This document shows, piece by piece, positions 18,686 to 25,377 of a stretch of DNA of 32,000 nt. The notes under the pieces were generated by a model. That model worked only from the letters and a program-made list of their open reading frames with translations. It was not told the origin of the DNA and did no database searches. The stretch's first letter is position 1. Each line of letters opens with the position of its first letter. Made by a program: the position numbers and the translations under genes. Source of the stretch: Oryzomonas sagensis (GTDB lineage: Bacteria > Desulfobacterota > Desulfuromonadia > Geobacterales > Pseudopelobacteraceae); assembly GCF_008802355.1 (NCBI RefSeq), contig NZ_VZRA01000003.1:324374-356373 (forward strand), given 5' to 3'.

Positions 18686-20410
18686 GTGCAAAACCCTGCC
18701 GCTAGGATTCGAAATCAATCTCTCCTTATCATCATTATCCTGCTGAGCAGTTATTACCCCTCACTCTTTGCCCCCTTTAATTCCGTAGATGACGTCAAAA
18801 TGGTCAACCAGCTCATCAACGTTGACACCATTTCCCTTAAAGGTTTGTTCTTTCCCGGCGCCGGCGGACAATACTACCGTCCCCTGTTATTCCTCACGTT
18901 TCTGTTTGATAAATTCGTCTGGGGGGTGCAGGAAAGTTTCATGCACCTGGAGAATGTTTTATTTCATCTTGTCAATACTCTGCTGGTTTTTTGTCTTGCC
19001 CGGCAGTTCATAAAAGCATGGCGTTGGGATACGCAATATTTCCCTTTTGTTGTTGCCCTGCTGTTTGGTCTCCATCCCATAGCCACCGAACCGGTCAACT
19101 GGGTATCCGGGCGTACAGACCTCCTGGCCGGGGTATTCGTCCTCTCGGCAGTTTTGTTATTCACGCGGTCGATTCATATATCATCCTTTTGGCAAGGGGG
19201 TGCAGGTGCTTTCCTCTTACTGTGCGGGTGTCTATCAAAAGAAACCGCCCTGTTTGTTCTTCCGGTTCTATTGTTATGGTGCCTTGTCCCGCCACGAGAT
19301 TATGCCTGCATGGCTTCAGGACGCCTGCGGGCGTTTCTTTTTGCATCGTACCTCGCGTCAGGTTTTGCTTATTTGGTGATGCGTTGGTATGCCTTAAACG
19401 GTGGCGACAAGATTGTCAGTACCATGGCGAGTGGGGCAAGTAGTTCCGGTGCTGCGTTTGGCATATGGGACATGATTCGGGTCGGTCTCAAAACATCCGG
19501 TTTTTATTGTAAAAAACTGGTCGTACCCTTTCCGCTCAACTTCGGAATTATTGAAATATCGCCCCATTATATCTGGTTGGGGCTTCTGGTGTGTGTAGGG
19601 GGCTGTTATTGCCTGTATGCACGTACTACGGTCTCTTACCTTTTTATTGCCGCTTTTTGTCTGGTATCGCCCGCCTTTATTGTACCGCTGTTAAAGATTA
19701 CGTGGACCCCGGTCGCCGAACGGTATGCGTATATTGCTTCCGCACCCTTCCTCGTCGCTCTCTCGTTTCTGTTTATCCGCTGTTTGCGATCACGTTTGCC
19801 GCCCCTGGCAATTACGTTCTTTGTGGCCATTCTGCTCTTTTGTTCAGGTTTTGCCACAATCAAACGCAATGTCGTTTGGCAGGATAATGTATCATTGTTT
19901 GAAGATACCGTAAAAAAATCCCCCAATTTTCCGGCAGCAAAAAATGAGCTGGCTATTGCCCTAGTTGGCAGAGGAAAAACCGACGAGGCCAATAAGATAT
20001 TGCTTGCCAACAGCGGAGACGATACCCAGCCCTCATCCATAAATAAAATCAAGGTTGCCGTGAACAACGGCAGGTATGAGGAAGCATACAGGATGATGGG
20101 GGAGCGGAAAGCAAGAGGGGGGAAGGAGGACAAGGATTCCCTGGATCTTATGTACCTGATCAACGAACAACGGTTCATAGCTTCAAAAAGCGAGAGCCAG
20201 TCCCGGAAAATACGCATGGAAATGCTTACAATCCTGGGGAATCTTCATTCACTGTCGGGAGATCCGGTGTATTTCTACCGGATTGGACTGGTGCAATTAC
20301 GACTGGGGAACAGATTGGCTGCCAAACAATCTTTTGAGAGCGCATGGCGGAATTCAGCGCCAGACTGTTATTATCATAATGCCGCCAAGAAGCTTGCAGA
20401 GAGCTTGTGA
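18686..20410 (+). CDS. polytopic membrane protein with C-terminal TPRs, TMTC/PMT-like (GT-C fold) putative glycosyltransferase, 574 aa
   Basis: GTG start 7 nt after GGAG. The N-terminal pattern FNSVDDV...L..LFFPGAGGQYYRPLLFLTFLFDKFVWG...FMHLENVLFHLVNTLLVFCLAR matches the conserved loop-1 DD / YYRPL / H-x-N-x-x-x-H pattern of bacterial TMTC-like TPR proteins as I remember it. About 10 or more TM helices. The C-terminal 170 aa are soluble and TPR-like. Confidence 0.55.
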   Translation: MQNPAARIRNQSLLIIIILLSSYYPSLFAPFNSVDDVKMVNQLINVDTISLKGLFFPGAGGQYYRPLLFLTFLFDKFVWGVQESFMHLENVLFHLVNTLLVFCLARQFIKAWRWDTQYFPFVVALLFGLHPIATEPVNWVSGRTDLLAGVFVLSAVLLFTRSIHISSFWQGGAGAFLLLCGCLSKETALFVLPVLLLWCLVPPRDYACMASGRLRAFLFASYLASGFAYLVMRWYALNGGDKIVSTMASGASSSGAAFGIWDMIRVGLKTSGFYCKKLVVPFPLNFGIIEISPHYIWLGLLVCVGGCYCLYARTTVSYLFIAAFCLVSPAFIVPLLKITWTPVAERYAYIASAPFLVALSFLFIRCLRSRLPPLAITFFVAILLFCSGFATIKRNVVWQDNVSLFEDTVKKSPNFPAAKNELAIALVGRGKTDEANKILLANSGDDTQPSSINKIKVAVNNGRYEEAYRMMGERKARGGKEDKDSLDLMYLINEQRFIASKSESQSRKIRMEMLTILGNLHSLSGDPVYFYRIGLVQLRLGNRLAAKQSFESAWRNSAPDCYYHNAAKKLAESL

Positions 20411-20528
20411 TAATAACGGTGGCAAGGTATACTAATAAAATTTTTATAAGCCTCTCATCCCTGACGGATCGATGAATTTGTAGGGGCGTTTTCTTGTCCA
20501 TGAATTTTACCAAGGAGACCAGACCAAT

Positions 20529-21323
20529 ATGATGAATGTCATTCTTGTTACCCTGAAAGGGGTTTTCCGTGACCGTGTTTTCTTGGGGATTGCGGCTCTA
20601 TTGGTGCTGTTTCTGTTCATTCCATCCGCTGCATCTCTGTCAATGCGTCAGGTGACGGAACTATCCGTCACGCTGTCATTATCGCTTATTTCCTTTATCT
20701 TGTTATTGCTGGCGGTTTTTTTGGGTGCAACTTCCATTTGGAGGGATATGGAGCGACGCTATACCTTTAGCGTTCTCAGTCTTCCGATCAATCGCAGTTT
20801 CTACTTGTTTGGACGTTTTTTCGGTCTGGCTCTGTTTCTGGTTCTTACTTCCGCAGCACTGGGGGCGGTCACGTGTTTGGTGGTTAAGGTAACGTCGGGC
20901 ATCTACCCCCCTGATCGGCCAATCATATTGGGGTATTTGGCATTAGCTGTTATATTTGCCACCCTCAAATATATTCTGTTGATTTCTGTGGCTATTTTGT
21001 TATCAACCGTCAGCACCTCCTTCTTTTTGCCGATCTTCGGTACCATTTGTGTTTTTATCGCTGGCGGCATAACGCAGCAAGTGTACGAATATATTAACTC
21101 GCCTGTAGCACAGACAGCTATTTCACCCGTTTTCAAAATAGCAGCGACAGCGGTATATTATCTCCTACCAAATTTGGCTGGTTTTGATCTGAAGGTAAAT
21201 GCCATTTATAGTATTGCACCTGATCCGCGGGGATTATGTATGACATTCGCCTATTTCCTGGCCTATACTGCCATTTTATTGGGTTGTGCGTCATTGCTGT
21301 TCAGCCGGAGGGAGTTAAAGTGA
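20529..21323 (+). CDS. ABC-2 type (NosY/COG1277-like) transporter permease, 264 aa
   Basis: RBS AAGGAGA. Six predicted TM helices with a loop after TM1. No soluble domains. An ABC ATPase lies two genes downstream. Confidence 0.6.
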   Translation: MMNVILVTLKGVFRDRVFLGIAALLVLFLFIPSAASLSMRQVTELSVTLSLSLISFILLLLAVFLGATSIWRDMERRYTFSVLSLPINRSFYLFGRFFGLALFLVLTSAALGAVTCLVVKVTSGIYPPDRPIILGYLALAVIFATLKYILLISVAILLSTVSTSFFLPIFGTICVFIAGGITQQVYEYINSPVAQTAISPVFKIAATAVYYLLPNLAGFDLKVNAIYSIAPDPRGLCMTFAYFLAYTAILLGCASLLFSRRELK

Positions 21324-22195
21324 CCCGCGATATAACGCCTGTCAGTCTGGTGATCGCAGGTTTACTTGTCTATAGCCTTCTCGTTTGCCCTTTCACTGAC
21401 TATATGCGTAACAAGCCGATTGAAGAAAAACTTGGCTTCGTGCCAAGCGTTAAGTTGCTGAAACCGTTGAGCGTTGACCAGAAGGAGTTGGTTGGAGCCT
21501 CGCTGGCCATGAAGGTGCTGATGTATTATGGCGGCGTTCTCGACAAAATGCAGGGCAGCAAGGTAATTGCCGAATCACCGGATCTTCAGGGAATGTCCCG
21601 GCTGCTTCATGGCGCGGTGCAGCTCGATCCATATAATATGGATGCCTACTATTTCGCACAGGGTTTTCTAACGTGGGATGCCCAACAATTCAACGTGGCC
21701 AACAACATGCTCCAATACGGTATGAAATATCGCACCTGGGATTGGTATCTACCGTTTTACGCTGGTTTTAATTACGCCTATTTTTTGAAGGACTTCAAAA
21801 AAGCCGCGGAATACTACAGCAAGGCTGGAGAACTGTCCGGCCAGGAATTGCATATCAACCTCGCGGGCAGATACCTGCAAGAGTCAGGACAGACAAGTCT
21901 TGCTATCGGGTATCTTAGGGCAATGATTGCGACCTCGCGCAACGAAACGGCACGAAAATCATTCGGAACGAGACTTAAGGCCTTTGAGGGCGTGCGAAAA
22001 ATAGAAATCGCCCGCGACCGTTTTCGGGAAAAGCAGGGACGAGAACCCTTTTCGGTGGCGGAATTGTTCAAATCGGGTTTTTTGGAAGCATTGCCCAGTG
22101 ATCCCTATGGAGGGCAGTTTTATTTACAGTCCGACGGCACAGTCGCAACGACAAGTAAGTTTGCGTTCCCGCAAGCAAAAAAGGGAGTTAAGTGA
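21320..22195 (+). CDS. membrane-anchored helical-repeat (TPR-like) protein with GspG/pseudopilin-like C-terminal motif, 291 aa
   Basis: GTG at 21320 (RBS GGAGGGA, GTGA overlap with the permease stop) is preferred over the track's ATG at 21236. N-terminal TM VSLVIAGLLVYSLLVCPF. TPR-like FKKAAEYYSKAGEL. The C-terminus KQGREPFSVAELFKSGFLEALPSDPYGGQFYLQSDGTV resembles the T2SS GspG motif (G-YP...L...GYL..LP-DPWG--Y-Y). Confidence 0.5.
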   Translation: MTRDITPVSLVIAGLLVYSLLVCPFTDYMRNKPIEEKLGFVPSVKLLKPLSVDQKELVGASLAMKVLMYYGGVLDKMQGSKVIAESPDLQGMSRLLHGAVQLDPYNMDAYYFAQGFLTWDAQQFNVANNMLQYGMKYRTWDWYLPFYAGFNYAYFLKDFKKAAEYYSKAGELSGQELHINLAGRYLQESGQTSLAIGYLRAMIATSRNETARKSFGTRLKAFEGVRKIEIARDRFREKQGREPFSVAELFKSGFLEALPSDPYGGQFYLQSDGTVATTSKFAFPQAKKGVK

Positions 22196-23109
22196 TGAAC
22201 ATGCTGGATATCCGCGGATTGTCAAAAACATTTATTGGCAAGCGTCGGCTGCGTATTGAAGCGCTCAGGAATCTCACACTCTCCATAACGCAAGGCGAAA
22301 TCTTCGGCTTCCTCGGCCCCAACGGCGCGGGTAAGAGTACGACCATCAAGTGCCTGATGGGGCTGATCCGGCCGACGGCCGGCACGGCAACCATCATGGG
22401 CGAGCCGATCGGCAGCGTTGCGTCCCGGACTAAAATCGGTTTCCTGCCCGAGAACCCGGCCTTTTACGATTATCTATCCGCCGAGGAGTACCTCCGGTTT
22501 GTGGGCAAGACGTTCAAGATGCCGGAAGACCTCCTGGACCGCCGCTCGGACGAAACGCTGAAGCAGCTTGAACTGTGGGATGCCCGCAAACGTCCCATGC
22601 GCGGCTACAGCAAGGGGATGGTGCAGCGGGTCGGGCTGGCGCAAGCCTTGATCCACGATCCCGACCTGTATATCCTGGACGAGCCCATGAGCGGGCTCGA
22701 CCCCATCGGCAGGGCGTTGGTGAAGGATATTATTCTCGACCTGAAGAAGCGGGGCAAGAGTGTCTTCTTCAGCACCCACATCACCGATGATGTGGAAAAG
22801 GTCTGCGACAGGGTAGGGGTGATCGTCAAAGGCCAGCTCGAGGCCCTGGACAGCGTCGAGAATATCGTGCGGCAAGGGATCGAAGGGTACATCGTGCAGA
22901 CCCGGCTGAACCAGGGAAACCACGAGCCTTTGGCCGGCTTTGCCGTCACGCGCACGAATGAAACCTTTATCGAGTACTTTGTGCCGGTGGCGGGCTTCAA
23001 TGAATTCATGGCGCTGGCCGGCCGGCATTCGGTGGAGGTTACCCTGGTCGAAACAAAACGCAAGGATCTTGAGAGCTTCTTCCTGGGAATCGTGGAAAAG
23101 AGGAAATAG
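22192..23109 (+). CDS. ABC transporter ATP-binding protein (ABC-2/CcmA-type), 305 aa
   Basis: Walker A GPNGAGKST, signature variant YSKGMVQRVGLAQAL, Walker B LYILDEPMSGLD, H-loop STHI, plus a roughly 80-aa C-terminal extension. The start may be GTG 22192, ATG 22195 or ATG 22201. Confidence 0.85.
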   Translation: MMNMLDIRGLSKTFIGKRRLRIEALRNLTLSITQGEIFGFLGPNGAGKSTTIKCLMGLIRPTAGTATIMGEPIGSVASRTKIGFLPENPAFYDYLSAEEYLRFVGKTFKMPEDLLDRRSDETLKQLELWDARKRPMRGYSKGMVQRVGLAQALIHDPDLYILDEPMSGLDPIGRALVKDIILDLKKRGKSVFFSTHITDDVEKVCDRVGVIVKGQLEALDSVENIVRQGIEGYIVQTRLNQGNHEPLAGFAVTRTNETFIEYFVPVAGFNEFMALAGRHSVEVTLVETKRKDLESFFLGIVEKRK

Positions 23110-23164
23110 CCGGTAACGTCCCTATAAGCTTCATTGTCCCTGTGCGGAATCAGTACTGCCAATT

Positions 23165-23210
23165 TGTTCGGGGCGAGTATCCGGAATGAACCGGAAACTC
23201 GCCCCGAACA
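23165..23210. other. very stable stem-loop without U-tract
   Basis: TGTTCGGGGCGAGT...ACTCGCCCCGAACA, a 14-bp perfect stem. It is extended after an A.A mismatch by TCCGG/CCGGA around the loop AATGAA. A C-rich tract follows, not T-rich. Confidence 0.7.
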
Positions 23211-23279
23211 TCTCCCCCTGCGTGTCCTCCCCCGATCTAGTCGAAATCAGCCGATATTTCACCAGAAGCGCGCTTCCGC

Positions 23280-23308
23280 TTGACGTACGGGATACTATCG
23301 GGTATAAA
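23280..23308 (+). promoter_or_regulatory. sigma-70-type promoter of the zur-znuCB operon
   Basis: TTGACG (23280-23285), 17-nt spacer, TATAAA (23303-23308). An AT-rich imperfect palindrome AAATAATTTTCATTT (AAAT-N7-ATTT) follows and is a possible Zur/Fur operator. Confidence 0.5.
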
Positions 23309-23344
23309 TAAAAATAATTTTCATTTAATTGCGGATAATTCTTT

Positions 23345-23800
23345 ATGAATAGAGAACAGGGGCGCGACATCCTCAAACGGCTGAATATGAAGGTCACTCC
23401 CAAGCGGCTGGAGGTTATGTGTTGCCTGGGGAGCGAACCGCTCTACCTCTCCGCCGATGAGGTCTGGCACCGCATCAAGGACCGGGTGGCCAGCATCGGG
23501 CTGCCCACGGTGTACCGCATCCTCGATGAACTGGCCGAGGCCGGCGTCATTACCCGCATCTTCCTGGCCGACCGCAAGCAGTACTATTTTCTCTGCGCCA
23601 ATCAGGACCACCACCATCACCATTTTGTCTGCGAGTCCTGTCGGCGGGTGGAGGACCTGGGGCAGTGCGCGCTCGGCGAGGGGACACTCGATGCGGTCCA
23701 GCGTTCGGGCGGGCGGGTAACGTCCCATATCCTTCAGATCAATGGGGTGTGCGCTACCTGCAGCACCCCGCGTGGAGGGGCGGCATGCCGGACGAAATAG
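23345..23800 (+). CDS. zur: Fur-family metalloregulator, probably Zur, 151 aa
   Basis: Winged-helix N-terminus (KVTPKRLEVMCCL...SADEVWHRI...GLPTVYRILDELAEAGVI). HHHHHFVCESC and VCATC provide the metal-binding and structural CxxC pairs. Sits directly upstream of ZnuC/ZnuB-like genes. Confidence 0.7.
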   Translation: MNREQGRDILKRLNMKVTPKRLEVMCCLGSEPLYLSADEVWHRIKDRVASIGLPTVYRILDELAEAGVITRIFLADRKQYYFLCANQDHHHHHFVCESCRRVEDLGQCALGEGTLDAVQRSGGRVTSHILQINGVCATCSTPRGGAACRTK

Positions 23801-24537
23801 TCAGGACGGAGCGGCTCTGTTGCAGTTACCGGACAGGCCGGGTGCTGGAGGATATTTCCATTTCGGTGGAGGCGGGCGATTACGTCGGGATTGTCGGCCC
23901 CAACGGCTCGGGCAAGAGCACGCTGGTGCGCGCACTGATGGGATTAAGCGCCATCAGCGACGGCACCGCCTCCCTGTTCGGCGTGCCGTGCAGCCGTTTC
24001 AACGCTTGGGGCCGGATCGGGTATCTCCCCCAAAGCCTGCATCTGCTCAACCCCATATTCCCGGCCACCGTGGCCGAAACGGTCGGACTCGGCCTCCTGT
24101 CGTTGAAGCGCTTCCCCCGCCGGTTGACCGCTGCCGACAGAACGAAGGTCGATGCCGTTCTCGAACAATTGGATATTTGCGATATAAAATCTAAACTGAT
24201 AGGTGAACTTTCCGGCGGTCAGCAACAGCGCGTTCTTCTGGCCCGCGCCCTGGTCAACGACCCGGATCTGCTGATCCTGGACGAGCCGACTGCGGCGCTC
24301 GACCCCGAGATGCGCGAACGCTTCTATTCCCTGATGGGAGAGATAAACCGTTCCCGGCAGGTTACGGTGCTGCTGGTGACCCATGATACCGGCGCCATCG
24401 GGAAATACGCCTCGAAGATGCTGTATCTGGATAAGCGTATGCTCTTTTACGGCAATTTCGAGGAATTCTGCCGCTCCACGGATATGTCCGCCCTGTTTGG
24501 CGAGTATTCCCAACACCTGATGTGCCACAGGCATTAA
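23785..24537 (+). CDS. znuC: zinc/metal ABC transporter ATP-binding protein, 250 aa
   Basis: ATG at 23785 (RBS GGAGGGG) is preferred to the track's 23665. Walker A GPNGSGKST, LSGGQQQRVLLARAL, LLILDEPTAALD, VTHD. Confidence 0.75.
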   Translation: MPDEIVRTERLCCSYRTGRVLEDISISVEAGDYVGIVGPNGSGKSTLVRALMGLSAISDGTASLFGVPCSRFNAWGRIGYLPQSLHLLNPIFPATVAETVGLGLLSLKRFPRRLTAADRTKVDAVLEQLDICDIKSKLIGELSGGQQQRVLLARALVNDPDLLILDEPTAALDPEMRERFYSLMGEINRSRQVTVLLVTHDTGAIGKYASKMLYLDKRMLFYGNFEEFCRSTDMSALFGEYSQHLMCHRH

Positions 24538-24543
24538 CGAACC

Positions 24544-25377
24544 ATGAATTTCATCGAAATACTCTCATACGGTTTCATCCAGCGGGCACTTCTGGCGGGG
24601 ACGCTGATCGCCGTGCTCTGTTCGGTGCTGGGCGTGTTCCTCGTGCTGCGGCGGCTTTCCCTGATCGGGGACGGCCTGGCCCATGTCACCTTCGGCGGCA
24701 CCGCCATCGCCCTGTCGCTCAAGCTCTATTCCGCCTCGGCCCTGCTGGTGTCGCTGCCGGTCGTGCTGCTCTCGTCGCTGGGCATCCTCAAGCTGACGGA
24801 AAAGGCGCGCCTGAGCGGCGACAGCGCCATCGGCATCGTGTCGGCGCTGGGGATTTCGGCGGGTATCATCCTGGCGAGCGTAGGGGGGGGGTACAACGTT
24901 GACCTGCTGAGCTACCTGTTCGGCAATATCCTCTCCATAACCTCCCAGGAGGTGGGCATTGCCGCCGTGCTGTTCTGCGTGGTGGTGCTGCTGTTGTCCC
25001 TCTTTTTCAACGACCTGCTCGCCATCGCCTTCGACGAGGAGTTGGCCCGGGTCTCCGGCATACGGACCGCCACCATCAATGCGGTGCTGGTGCTGCTGAC
25101 GGCCCTGTCGGTGGTCCTGGCGATGAAATTGGTGGGGATCATGCTGATCTCGTCGCTCTTGATCCTGCCGGCGGTATCGGCCCTGCAGCTGGCCCGCAGC
25201 TTCAAGTCCTGCGTTGTCCTGGCGGCCCTCCAGGGGGGCTGCTCGGTCGTGGCCGGCATCTTTCTGTCGTTCGCCACCAACCTGCCCACCAGTGCGATGA
25301 TCGTACTCCTCAATCTAGCCTTTTTCGGCCTGGCCTTCCTTGCCCGGCGCTGCGTGCAGCCTAAAAGTAGTAGCTGA
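24544..25377 (+). CDS. znuB: ABC-3 family metal (zinc) transporter permease, 277 aa
   Basis: MNFIEILSYGFIQRALLAGTLIAVLCSVLGVFLVLRRLSLIGDGLAHVTFGG is a typical ZnuB/ABC-3 N-terminus. Eight or more TM helices. Confidence 0.75.
   Translation: MNFIEILSYGFIQRALLAGTLIAVLCSVLGVFLVLRRLSLIGDGLAHVTFGGTAIALSLKLYSASALLVSLPVVLLSSLGILKLTEKARLSGDSAIGIVSALGISAGIILASVGGGYNVDLLSYLFGNILSITSQEVGIAAVLFCVVVLLLSLFFNDLLAIAFDEELARVSGIRTATINAVLVLLTALSVVLAMKLVGIMLISSLLILPAVSALQLARSFKSCVVLAALQGGCSVVAGIFLSFATNLPTSAMIVLLNLAFFGLAFLARRCVQPKSSS

Noticed and set aside
20226-20513. 95-aa minus-strand ORF spanning the 3' end of the GT-C-like gene and the 118-bp spacer before the permease.
   Set aside because: It is mostly antisense to a supported CDS with no RBS or motifs. 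The spacer more likely holds an internal promoter or RBS (AAGGAGA at 20511-20517) for the permease.
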